A stretch of DNA of 38,752 bases. It comes from an uncultured Rickettsiales bacterium. Its GTDB lineage: Bacteria; Pseudomonadota; Alphaproteobacteria; Rickettsiales; UBA1997. Where the stretch lies: the NCBI GenBank assembly GCA_948744995.1, contig CAPZCD010000002.1, forward strand, positions 1-38,752, written 5' to 3'. Shown in pieces: positions 8,180 through 16,816 of this stretch. Each line of letters begins with the position of its first letter. The first letter of the stretch is position 1. The position numbers and the translations under genes were made by a program. The notes under the pieces were generated by a model, which was not told where the DNA came from, did no database searches, and saw only the letters and a program-made list of their open reading frames with translations.

Positions 8180-9049
8180 CTAATTCAAAAAATTCAGCCG
8201 AAACTTATTCGTAAGAATAGCTTCTTGAAATTCCCTAATACAATTCTCTATAGCTCCATTGAAACCTAAACTCGAATACGAATTACAATTATATCTACCA
8301 TAATTAGCCAATTCACCATTACATACCAACTTAAATTGAAAAATTACAGCTACAAAAAAATTATTTTCTATTTGTTCTTTCTCACAGATGGTATCAATAT
8401 ACAGCACATTATTAGACTTATTAGCTATTTTTATTCCATTATTCTTTAATGAAGCAGTTATATTATCTTCCAGAATAGTTAATCGGTCGTCTAAAAAAAC
8501 TATTTTTACCTCAAAATTATTCAACAATTTTTCCTTATCTTTTTCTATAAGATTATAATATTTAATATATTCCTCAGCATTAAATTTATTTATGAGATTA
8601 ATTGTTTCTATTTTATTTTTAGCCTCTATTATGGTATCTTCAAGTACAATAAATTTTTTTAGTCTGACAAAATCATTTTTATCTTTCAAAAAATCGACGG
8701 TATTTTTTATTCTTTTATTAATATCTTTCAAATCTTTAATTTGTTGTTTAAAGAGTTCTGCTTTAGCAACATTCAGTAATACATAAAAATACTTACCTTC
8801 ATTTTCAATTTTTTCCAGTTCGAAATCAGGAAAATTTATCCTTAAATTTTTATTGCCAGACGTTATTCTGTTTGCTATATTGTTTAGGGCCATAGTTGTA
8901 GCTGCTGCCATACTTAAACCACTACCTACACCATAGTAGTGAATATCAGTATCTTTTATTTGTTTGTTATACCAATCGGGAATAGCACCTAATGCTTTCC
9001 TACCGAAAGTAAAAAATAGTATGAAAATAAGATGTTTCATATGCATCAA
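8180..9049 (-). CDS. Secreted/periplasmic protein with an LPP20-like N-terminal region and a coiled-coil-rich middle
   Basis: Signal peptide MKHLIFILFFTFGRKALGA followed by IPDWYNKQ...YYGVGSGLSMAAATTMALNNIANRI, the PDW...YGVG...A..A pattern remembered for the LPP20 family. The start overlaps the hflC stop (ATGA), suggesting translational coupling. Confidence 0.45.
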   Translation of the reverse strand: MMHMKHLIFILFFTFGRKALGAIPDWYNKQIKDTDIHYYGVGSGLSMAAATTMALNNIANRITSGNKNLRINFPDFELEKIENEGKYFYVLLNVAKAELFKQQIKDLKDINKRIKNTVDFLKDKNDFVRLKKFIVLEDTIIEAKNKIETINLINKFNAEEYIKYYNLIEKDKEKLLNNFEVKIVFLDDRLTILEDNITASLKNNGIKIANKSNNVLYIDTICEKEQIENNFFVAVIFQFKLVCNGELANYGRYNCNSYSSLGFNGAIENCIREFQEAILTNKFRLNFLN

Positions 9050-9918
9050 TTTCCGATGATATTCTTATATACAGGATTGTCTTGACTTATGATAACTTTG
9101 CTATTGTCTCTGGAGATAGTATTTTTACAAATTTCCATACTCTTATAAAATTCATAAAAATCCGGGTCTTTAGAAAAGGCCTTATTATAAATATTGGTTG
9201 CCATTAGCTCTCCTTCTCCTTTTAAAGCCTCTGCTTCTTTTTTAGCTTGAGCTAGCATTATCACACGTTCCTTATCAACAGTTGCTATTATTTTTTTCGA
9301 TTCTTCCTCTCCTTCTGCTCTAATTTGTTTAGCTTCCAAATTTCTTTCGGTTTGCATTCTTTTAAATATAGCTTCACTATTTTCTTTTGGTAAATCAGCT
9401 CTTATTATTCTGGTATCTATAATCTTTATACCATATTCCTTGACTTTTTTGTTAGTTTCATCTTCTATAGATTGCATTATTTGAGATCTTTTTTCGGATA
9501 ATAGATCTGCCATATTAAAACTACCTACTACTTGCCTTAAACTTGATTCCAATATGTTATTTAACTGCAAGACCAAATCCTTACCGGAGCTAGAGCTATT
9601 ATAAAATCTAACAGCATCTTCAATTATAAACTTTGCAAAAGCATTTACTATCAGTCTTTTTTGATCTAGAGCTATAACCTCTTTATCACTTACTCTTAGA
9701 TCCAACAGTCTATTATCAAATGCAGCTATATTCTCTATAAACGGTATTTTTAGGTGTAACCCGGCATCTCTTATTACTCTTACAGGTTTTCCGAATTGTA
9801 GTACTATTGTTTGTTCGGTTTGGTACACTATAAATACCGAATTTATTAGTAAAAATAACAAAAATATTATTGGGAAAAATGGTGAATTTTTATTTTTCAT
9901 AACTATTACCACTATCAA
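9046..9918 (-). CDS. hflC: Protease modulator HflC (SPFH/band-7 family)
   Basis: N-terminal TM, then QTEQTIVLQFGKPVRVIRDAGLHLKIPFIENI and an SPFH domain with a coiled-coil tail. Sits immediately downstream of and overlapping hflK. The true start may be the internal MKNKNS. Confidence 0.85.
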   Translation of the reverse strand: MIVVIVMKNKNSPFFPIIFLLFLLINSVFIVYQTEQTIVLQFGKPVRVIRDAGLHLKIPFIENIAAFDNRLLDLRVSDKEVIALDQKRLIVNAFAKFIIEDAVRFYNSSSSGKDLVLQLNNILESSLRQVVGSFNMADLLSEKRSQIMQSIEDETNKKVKEYGIKIIDTRIIRADLPKENSEAIFKRMQTERNLEAKQIRAEGEEESKKIIATVDKERVIMLAQAKKEAEALKGEGELMATNIYNKAFSKDPDFYEFYKSMEICKNTISRDNSKVIISQDNPVYKNIIGN

Positions 9919-10936
9919 TGTTTAGGTGTTTCAAAAGACCGTTTGAAAGTTTTTTATCTATAAAAATTTTGTCTATGTCTTTCATAACAGTTTCTATACT
10001 GTCAAGATAAATTCTCTTTTTAGTCAAAGTTGGATTTTTCAGATAGGCTTCATAGATTTTTAAAAATCTGGATGATTCCCCTTCAGCTTTTGAAATAATA
10101 CTTTCTTTGTAGGCTTCGGCTTGTTTTAATATTTCTACCACTTCGCCTCTCGTTTTAGGTAATATATCATTTCGATAGGTCTCAGCTTCATTTATCATCC
10201 TTTCCTTATCAGCTTTTGCTGTTTGTACGTCTCTAAAAGCATCTATCACTTCTGATGGTGGGTCAACTCTTAGCAGTTGTACCAATACTATTTCTATGCC
10301 GCTCGCATAACTGTCTAATATTTCCTGTAGAAGTTCTTTAGCTTCATATTCTATATCTGATTTTTTACCTGCTAAAGCATCATCTATTTTTCTTTTGGCT
10401 ATAATCTCTCTCATAGCACTTTCAGCAGCCATTCGTATGGTTAGTCTATTTTTTTGTATGCTGAATAGGTAATTTTTAACATCATTGATACGCCATTGAA
10501 CTTCAAAATCTATATCTACTATATTTTCATCTCCCGTTAACATTAAACTTTCGTTATTAATATTTATTTGAGTTTTATCTTTGGTTCTAAAACCAAATTC
10601 CTCCTTGTTTATGTTGGTGACCGGAACTCTGTAAAGTTTGCCGATAGGTGCCGGTAGCATGTAGTTGAGACCAGGATTTATGATTTTATAAAATTTACCA
10701 AAATAAAGAACTACACCTTTTTGATTTGTGTTTATTTTGCAAAATCCACACATTAACCATAATAGCATAACTATAAAGATAGTGTTTGTGATGTCCATTT
10801 TAATTGATACTACTTTTACTATGGCATTATCATCCACTATAGCATCATTATCATTATTTATATCGTCGTTTACTTGTTTTTTTTCTTTTTTATTATCCTC
10901 GTTATTCCAAGGATTTTTATCAAATTTATCTGGCAT
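9890..10936 (-). CDS. hflK: Protease modulator HflK (SPFH/band-7 family)
   Basis: Polar N-terminus with NPW, a TM helix, then QKGVVLYFGKFYKIINPGLNYMLPAPIG, LMLTGDENIVDIDFEVQWRI and DPPSEVIDAFRDVQTAKADKER, typical of HflK. Confidence 0.85.
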   Translation of the reverse strand: MPDKFDKNPWNNEDNKKEKKQVNDDINNDNDAIVDDNAIVKVVSIKMDITNTIFIVMLLWLMCGFCKINTNQKGVVLYFGKFYKIINPGLNYMLPAPIGKLYRVPVTNINKEEFGFRTKDKTQININNESLMLTGDENIVDIDFEVQWRINDVKNYLFSIQKNRLTIRMAAESAMREIIAKRKIDDALAGKKSDIEYEAKELLQEILDSYASGIEIVLVQLLRVDPPSEVIDAFRDVQTAKADKERMINEAETYRNDILPKTRGEVVEILKQAEAYKESIISKAEGESSRFLKIYEAYLKNPTLTKKRIYLDSIETVMKDIDKIFIDKKLSNGLLKHLNIDSGNSYEK

Positions 10937-10947
10937 AATATTTGTAG

Positions 10948-12255
10948 TTATTCATCTTTTGTTGGACTATTAAGCCTTTCTTTAAGCTTCTTTATTTTTG
11001 TAGCTAAGTCTTCTTCCGGTGTTGTTTCTGGTTTGGTTTTCTCTTCCGTTTGACTTTCATTACTATCATTTTTTTCTTCAGAAATGTCTTCCTCAACATT
11101 TACCTCTTCGTTTTCTTTTTCATTTGTTTCTTCATCTTCAACTTCTTCAATATCCTCAATATCTATTTCTTCCTCTTCCTCTTCCTCTTCTTCCTGATCA
11201 TCACCATCATTCTTATCTTCTTCTATATCTACCTCTCCTTCAGATTCAATTTCTGTAATTTCTTCATCCTCTCCTTTTTCTGTATCTTCTCCCTCTTTTA
11301 CGTCTTCGTTGCTGTCCTCATCCTCATCCTCATCTTTTTCGACTGCAGTACTTTCGGCTTCCGTATCTTTATTTTCACTATCTATTGTATTATCCTGTGT
11401 ATCTTCCTCAATCTCACCTTCACCTTCTTTAATTGCTTCTTCATCAACTATATCTTCTGCATCCTGTTCGTTTTCATCTTTTTCTATACTTCCATCTGTG
11501 TTTCCTGTACTGTTTTCCTCAGTATCTTCTTCCTCTTCTTCGACACCCTGTATATCCTCATTTTCTTCTAAAAAACTGTCTAGAGCATCTTGTTCTTCAT
11601 CTGTTTTCTGATTTTCTACTATGGTTTCTATAGGAGTTGTTTCTAAATCAATTTCACCAGGGTTAAAGTCTCTATCTATATCCTCATCTGTTTCTTCAGT
11701 TTCTTTTGAAGTAGTTGATTCATCTTCGTAAATTTCTTCTTTAGTTTCGTCTTCGATTAATGGACTGTTTCCCGTAATTTCTAGAGTTTCTACTACTGTT
11801 GGTTTTATGTTTTTTATTAAATCCTCAAGAACATCAAGCTTATCAATAAAATCTTTTTTAATTTCTTCTATCTTGTTTTCTAAAGTTGAAAACTTTTCAT
11901 TTAAATCTTGAAACTGTGTGTCATAATCATTGTCTCTAACACTTTCAGTATTTGAGATTTTTTCAATATTTTTCTTAAGGCTTGCAACTTCATTTATGGT
12001 AGCTTTTATGTATGTGTTTGTTTCCGCTATTGCATTTTTTGTACTATCGTTTTTAAGAACCTTGAAAATATCATTAATTTTTACATTAAGTCCATCAATT
12101 TTATCGGCCAATTCACTATTATTTGTGCTGGAATTTTCATTGTAGGAAATATTGCCACTTGTTCCTGTTCCTTGGCTAGAAGATTTAGTAAGGTCCAATA
12201 TTAAACTTATAATTAAGCATAGGATTGCACTTGAAATTAAAATTGATATTGACAT
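10948..12255 (-). CDS. Membrane-anchored, coiled-coil, hyper-acidic (D/E-rich) protein of unknown function
   Basis: N-terminal TM ISILISSAILCLIISLILDL, then ~120 aa of heptad-like sequence, then ~250 aa dominated by E/D, including a 10-residue run of E. The stop is 11 nt before the hflK start on the same strand. The + strand ORFs here are low-complexity shadows. Confidence 0.6.
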   Translation of the reverse strand: MSISILISSAILCLIISLILDLTKSSSQGTGTSGNISYNENSSTNNSELADKIDGLNVKINDIFKVLKNDSTKNAIAETNTYIKATINEVASLKKNIEKISNTESVRDNDYDTQFQDLNEKFSTLENKIEEIKKDFIDKLDVLEDLIKNIKPTVVETLEITGNSPLIEDETKEEIYEDESTTSKETEETDEDIDRDFNPGEIDLETTPIETIVENQKTDEEQDALDSFLEENEDIQGVEEEEEDTEENSTGNTDGSIEKDENEQDAEDIVDEEAIKEGEGEIEEDTQDNTIDSENKDTEAESTAVEKDEDEDEDSNEDVKEGEDTEKGEDEEITEIESEGEVDIEEDKNDGDDQEEEEEEEEEIDIEDIEEVEDEETNEKENEEVNVEEDISEEKNDSNESQTEEKTKPETTPEEDLATKIKKLKERLNSPTKDE

Positions 12256-12331
12256 ATTTATAATCTATTGTTACAAGATAGCATAAGAATATACGTTATT
12301 TTACTATTTTCAAGAAAATATTTATGAATAA

Positions 12332-13687
12332 ATGCTTTTAAATATGAATAAAAATCTATCAGTAGTAATACTAGCTGCTGGAAAAGGTACGAGGATGAAG
12401 TCGGATATTTCAAAACCGATGCATAAGATTGGTGGTTTAGAAATGATTTCACATATTTCTAAAACAGTGGATGAGGTTAATGCTAAAGAAATTATTGTTG
12501 TTGTATCTGAAGAAAATATTGATGATATGAAAAAATGCTTACCTTCCAGCTATAAATTTGCTTTGCAGAAAGAGAGAAAAGGTACAGGTGATGCAGTAAA
12601 AATTGCTTTAGATTCTATAGCGAACCCTACTGATCCGATACTTATAACTTATGGTGATATGCCGTTGGTGGAGGCTAATACCTATTCAACCATGCTAAAT
12701 AAACTCCAAACAGAAGGTACGTCTATTGTTGCACTTGGTTTTCATGTAAAAGATACAAATAGCAGATACGGAAGATTTAAATTAAACGATGATGGTGAAT
12801 TAACTGCCATAGTTGAATTTAAGGATGCAAATGAGCAAGAAAGAAAAAATACCCTATGTAATGCAGGAATATATGTGGTTAAGGATGTTAGCTTGCTTAG
12901 AAAATTGCTGGATAAAGTTGATAATAAAAATGCGAGTGGTGAATATTATCTTACGGATATTATAAAGATAGCTAATGAATTTGGATTAAAATGTGTGTAT
13001 AATATAGCCAGCGAAAAGGAGGTTATGGGCGTTAACTCTAGAAGTGAACTTTCGGTGGCTGAAAAAATATATCAAGATAGAAGAAGGCAAGAATTTATGG
13101 CTAATGGTGTGACATTACAAGACCCCGATACAACGTATTTTTCGTATGATACCTTGATAGAAAATGACGTTATTGTTGAACCGAATGTGGTATTTTTAAA
13201 TGGTGTTAAGGTTGGTAGTGGTTCCATAATTAAGTCTTTTTCCTATCTGGAAAGTTGCGAAGTCGGTAATAACGTTACAATTGGACCCTTTGCAAGAATA
13301 AGACCGGAAACTATACTAAAATCTGATTGTAGAATAGGTAATTTTTGTGAAATTAAAAAATCAACTATTGGTATTGGAACAAAAGTTAGTCATCTGACAT
13401 ATATAGGTGATACGGAAATTGGGGATAATACTAATATTGGTGCCGGAACAATAACGTGTAACTACAATGGATATACAAAATTTGGGACAAAAATTGGTAA
13501 TAATTCGTTTATTGGATCTAATACCGTTATGATTGCACCCGTTAAAGTTGGTAATAATTCTATGACGGCGGCAGGTAGTGTTATTACAGATAATGTGGAA
13601 GATGGAGATATAGCTATTTCTAGAACTCAACAGAAGAATATAGAGCAGGGAATGGTAAGATATAGATCTAAAATGGAGAAAAAATAA
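12332..13687 (+). CDS. glmU: Bifunctional UDP-N-acetylglucosamine pyrophosphorylase / glucosamine-1-phosphate N-acetyltransferase
   Basis: LSVVILAAGKGTRMKS..KPMH..GG nucleotidyltransferase motif, C-terminal left-handed beta-helix hexapeptide repeats (IGDNTNIGAGTITCNYNG...). The start may be the second ATG at 12344. Confidence 0.92.
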   Translation: MLLNMNKNLSVVILAAGKGTRMKSDISKPMHKIGGLEMISHISKTVDEVNAKEIIVVVSEENIDDMKKCLPSSYKFALQKERKGTGDAVKIALDSIANPTDPILITYGDMPLVEANTYSTMLNKLQTEGTSIVALGFHVKDTNSRYGRFKLNDDGELTAIVEFKDANEQERKNTLCNAGIYVVKDVSLLRKLLDKVDNKNASGEYYLTDIIKIANEFGLKCVYNIASEKEVMGVNSRSELSVAEKIYQDRRRQEFMANGVTLQDPDTTYFSYDTLIENDVIVEPNVVFLNGVKVGSGSIIKSFSYLESCEVGNNVTIGPFARIRPETILKSDCRIGNFCEIKKSTIGIGTKVSHLTYIGDTEIGDNTNIGAGTITCNYNGYTKFGTKIGNNSFIGSNTVMIAPVKVGNNSMTAAGSVITDNVEDGDIAISRTQQKNIEQGMVRYRSKMEKK

Positions 13688-14493
13688 TGTTACAAATTGT
13701 TTTACCACTGTTTAATCCTAATGTGATTAGCATTGGTGGTTTAAATATACGATGGTATTCGTTAGCTTATCTGGTAGGTGTTATCTTTGTACTTAAGTTT
13801 ACAAAATACTATGATAAAAAGTTTGATCTAAAACTTGGTGATGAAAAATTTTATGATGATTTGGTGTTTTATGAGGTTTTAGGTATAGTAATCGGTGGAA
13901 GAATAGGATATTGTCTTATCTACAATTTTAGAGAGATTATAAAATCCCCGCTAAAAATATTTGCCATATGGGAAGGAGGAATGTCATTTCATGGTGGGCT
14001 TTTGGGTGTTATTTTGGCTAGCTACTACGTTTGTAAAAAGCATAAGATAGCTTTTTTTAGACTTACTGATGTTATTTCGATTTCTGCTCCAATTGCTCTT
14101 TTTTTTGGTAGATTGGCAAACTTTGTGAATTTGGAATTGTATGGTAGACCTACAAATGTTCCATGGGGTATGGTATTTCCTACTGCTGATAGTTTAGCTA
14201 GACATCCCAGTCAACTATACGAAGCATTTTTTGAGGGGATTATTTTATTTGCACTAATGCTATATGTAACAAAAAAATACCAGCTAAAGACCGATGGTTT
14301 AAATTCATCGGTCTTCTTGGTATTCTATGGGGTATTTAGAATTCTCTGCGAATTTTTTCGCGAACCAGATTGTCAAATTGGTTTTTTGTTTAATCACACA
14401 ACGCTCGGGCAATTACTTTCTCTTCTATCTATAGTTTTTGGAGTTTTAATCTTTATAATAAGAATAGAATCAAAAATTAATACTTCTACCTAA
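13687..14493 (+). CDS. lgt: Prolipoprotein diacylglyceryl transferase
   Basis: IRWYSLAYLVGVIF, GGRIGY, WEGGMSFHGGLLG, FGRLANFVNLELYGRPT..PWGMVFP and HPSQLYEA are all classic Lgt motifs. The start overlaps the glmU stop (TAATG). Confidence 0.92.
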   Translation: MLQIVLPLFNPNVISIGGLNIRWYSLAYLVGVIFVLKFTKYYDKKFDLKLGDEKFYDDLVFYEVLGIVIGGRIGYCLIYNFREIIKSPLKIFAIWEGGMSFHGGLLGVILASYYVCKKHKIAFFRLTDVISISAPIALFFGRLANFVNLELYGRPTNVPWGMVFPTADSLARHPSQLYEAFFEGIILFALMLYVTKKYQLKTDGLNSSVFLVFYGVFRILCEFFREPDCQIGFLFNHTTLGQLLSLLSIVFGVLIFIIRIESKINTST

Positions 14494-14826
14494 TTATTTT
14501 TTACCCTCGCAAGCTGCATCGCCACCCGTAAACGCTTTAATTATGGTTGGTGCGCCAAATATACAAGCCATACCTAGTGAAAAGGTAAGTATAAGTGTCC
14601 AAGATACTTTACCACCCAAGAATGCTAGCGCTATACCCATACAAGCAAATGCTGCCAGTGCCTTACCAACACCACCCGTAAGGAAGCCCAAAACGTTGCA
14701 TATTAATCCTTCCAATGTAGTGCTTGTATCAACTTTATAAGTTTCTGAATTACCACTAGCCCTAGCAACATTGCTATTTGTGGTTAAGAATAATAGGGAA
14801 ATTAGAATAATAAATATTTTTTTCAT
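14494..14826 (-). CDS. virB2: Type IV secretion system pilin, VirB2/TrbC family
   Basis: Signal peptide MKKIFIILISLLFLTTNSNVARA. The mature part LEGLICNVLGFLTGGVGKALAAFACMGIALAFLGGKVSWTLILTFSLGMACIFGAPTIIKAFTGGD aligns almost residue for residue with the remembered A. tumefaciens VirB2 core (NNICTFILGPFGQSLAVLGIVAIGISWMFGRASLGLVAGVVGGIVIMFGASFLGKTLTGGG). The ORF is open up to 14868, but the ATG at 14826 gives a proper signal peptide. Confidence 0.8.
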   Translation of the reverse strand: MKKIFIILISLLFLTTNSNVARASGNSETYKVDTSTTLEGLICNVLGFLTGGVGKALAAFACMGIALAFLGGKVSWTLILTFSLGMACIFGAPTIIKAFTGGDAACEGKK

Positions 14827-14887
14827 ATAAAATAGTGTATTGTTAGTAATAATTAGATTATTATGCATAAATTTTAAATTATCAATA

Positions 14888-15190
14888 CTATTTTTGCATA
14901 TTATTTAAATAATCTTTTAATAGTTCTAAATCTATTTCTTCAACATTGCTAGAGTAATCTTGGTTATTATGACTTTTTGCTCTATCTAAATTTATTTTTA
15001 AAAGTATATTTCCTAATTTACAAATTGCGGAAACAATACTTTCATTTTTTCCTATAATTGATTTTAAACAATCCTGATTTTCATTAATATTTCCATTTTC
15101 TATGTAGGTTTCTAAAAGATCCAAAAGGATAGCTATTAACTTTTCAAGTTTATCAAGTTTATTTTGATTCTCATTTATATCATCTACCAT
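14888..15190 (-). CDS. Hypothetical small all-helical acidic protein (100 aa)
   Basis: ORF overlapping the upstream ORF by 11 nt and ending 19 nt before the virB2-like ORF on the same strand. No signal peptide and no recognisable family. Confidence 0.4.
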   Translation of the reverse strand: MVDDINENQNKLDKLEKLIAILLDLLETYIENGNINENQDCLKSIIGKNESIVSAICKLGNILLKINLDRAKSHNNQDYSSNVEEIDLELLKDYLNNMQK

Positions 15191-15704
15191 TTATTTCATT
15201 GATAACAAATTTAAATTTTAGATTACTATTCCAGACCGAGTTTAAACCATTATACATTTCCAAAGAACTACTTTCACAAATTATATCTACTATTGTAGAA
15301 TTGTCTATTTTAGTATTTAATAATTTTGTCAAATTTTCCCTTATTTCTTCAGTTACTTCAATTATCTTCATATTTGTCTCATTTTTATCAAAAATTTTAA
15401 TACTTATCCGCACATTGTGTTTTTTACTGGCAAAAAATTCTTCAATTTTACTTGTTTCCAGCTCGAGTATTATATAAGGGAAATTAATATCTTTATTGGA
15501 GCAGGAATAAACTTTAATGTTTTGTTTATTACCGGATAATAAATTGTATAGTAACTTTTGCAATTTTTGAATAATATTCATAATTATATATTTTAATGTT
15601 GCTTTTTCTATAAAATATTCTATAAAATAATCATTAGGAAGTATAATTAACCCTATTTCTGCAGGTACATTAGGTATATAGAGATGTTTAAAAAATTTTT
15701 CCAA
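15180..15704 (-). CDS. Hypothetical protein with a faint resemblance to DUF3168-type phage/GTA tail-completion proteins
   Basis: From the internal Met (MNIIQKL..., start ~15581) the layout KVYS....FPYIILEL...HNVRISIKIF.....IIEVTEEIRENL recalls the DUF3168 pattern. Pattern-level only. The long form overlaps the divergent TMEM43-like start by 21 nt. Confidence 0.35.
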   Translation of the reverse strand: MEKFFKHLYIPNVPAEIGLIILPNDYFIEYFIEKATLKYIIMNIIQKLQKLLYNLLSGNKQNIKVYSCSNKDINFPYIILELETSKIEEFFASKKHNVRISIKIFDKNETNMKIIEVTEEIRENLTKLLNTKIDNSTIVDIICESSSLEMYNGLNSVWNSNLKFKFVINEINGR

Positions 15705-16787
15705 TTCGTATTATTCCTATTTTTTATAGTTCTAGTTGCATTAAGCACCGTAAAAATGTCTAAAGAAAGTAAGAAAATTGGCTATCTACTAAAAAATCTG
15801 GACAAAATCTCTTTTATAAAAGATAGAATAAAAAACAAAATAAATTTTAAAGACAGTTTGATAGGTGTAGAAATTAATGATGTTTTTGCCTTAAAGAAAA
15901 ATGTTAGAATTTATCAGTGGGTTGAAGATAAAAAACTTATGAATAAAACAGGAGCTTATGTTTATACCTATCGGAAAGAATGGACTGATAACTTTATAGA
16001 TTCTAAAAAATTTTATGATAAAACAAAGAATAACTATCAAAAAAATGCCAGAATCTATAAAAACGAGGTAATATTTCCCGATGGTATAATAACAAAAAAA
16101 AATAATTATGAACTTGATAGAGTATATTTTGAAAAAAAAGTAAAATTTAAAAAATTTAAATTTAAGGATAAAGCAGCGGTTTTTTATGGAGCGCCAATAG
16201 AAAAAACCTATGACATAAGATACGAGGAAGAGGAAACTTATAAAGATCTTGATTCTTATGTTGCGGCTGAAGAGAGAAAAATAGCCAAAAATGATGTGGA
16301 TAAGTTCAAGGTAGTTGTAGATGGATCTATACTATTTAACGGAAATAACTATAAAGAGCCAGAAATTGGTGATGTAGAAATAACTTATGAGATTTTTTCC
16401 CCAGAATATATATCATTTTTCGGTAAAGTAAAAAATGGTAAACTGGTACCTCATGGAGATTTTATAGAAGTCAGTTTTGATAATATAGAGAAAACTAAAC
16501 TAATTGACAAATATAAAGGTATATTTTTAGCAAAATTTATTATATTTATATTTCTCAGTTACCTAATTTTGTGCTATATAGTTGATTTTATGCAAAATAA
16601 AATTAAAGATTTAACTCTAAAAGTTATTCCATATTTTAATGAATATTTTGTTTTTGGGGATAAAAATACGATAATAATATTATTTTTTCTTTTGCATCTA
16701 TTTTTTGCCGTTAGATTATATTTATTAGCAATTATACCTATAATTATTTTATATTTTTTGAGACAAATTGATTATTATTCTATATAA
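15684..16787 (+). CDS. TMEM43/LUMA-family (DUF1625) membrane protein
   Basis: N-terminal TM, a large loop with VRIYQWVE, YTYRKEWTDNFIDSKKF, PEIGDVEITYEIFS and GKLVPHGDF, then C-terminal TM helices. These motifs match remembered human TMEM43 motifs (MYQWVE, YSYNTEWRSEIINSKNF, PEVGDLRVSFSY, GDQLVPF) in the same order. Confidence 0.7.
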   Translation: MFKKFFQFVLFLFFIVLVALSTVKMSKESKKIGYLLKNLDKISFIKDRIKNKINFKDSLIGVEINDVFALKKNVRIYQWVEDKKLMNKTGAYVYTYRKEWTDNFIDSKKFYDKTKNNYQKNARIYKNEVIFPDGIITKKNNYELDRVYFEKKVKFKKFKFKDKAAVFYGAPIEKTYDIRYEEEETYKDLDSYVAAEERKIAKNDVDKFKVVVDGSILFNGNNYKEPEIGDVEITYEIFSPEYISFFGKVKNGKLVPHGDFIEVSFDNIEKTKLIDKYKGIFLAKFIIFIFLSYLILCYIVDFMQNKIKDLTLKVIPYFNEYFVFGDKNTIIILFFLLHLFFAVRLYLLAIIPIIILYFLRQIDYYSI

Positions 16788-16816
16788 GCTTGACTTGAAA
16801 TGTTTTATAATTTATA

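Noticed and set aside
11160-11200. Short tandem ttc/ctc repeats that might suggest a repeat array or CRISPR
   Set aside because: This is simply a poly-Glu codon run inside a CDS, with no spacer/repeat architecture. No CRISPR-like array exists anywhere in the window.
11019-11633. Several + strand ORFs (79-173 aa) rich in F/L/S inside the acidic-protein gene
   Set aside because: They are antisense shadows of the GAA/GAT-rich low-complexity coding strand (TTC/ATC repeats). They have no RBS context or plausible protein features, and the minus-strand ORF is long with a proper TM start.
13361-13708. Minus-strand 115-aa ORF across the glmU 3' end
   Set aside because: It is antisense to the hexapeptide-repeat region of a confidently called glmU, a typical repeat-induced open frame.
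15180-15581. Calling the 174-aa ORF a DUF3168 phage/GTA tail-completion protein and the locus a prophage/GTA remnant
   Set aside because: The evidence is only a loose pattern resemblance. No capsid, portal, terminase or tail genes are nearby, so it is kept as hypothetical with a low-confidence note.
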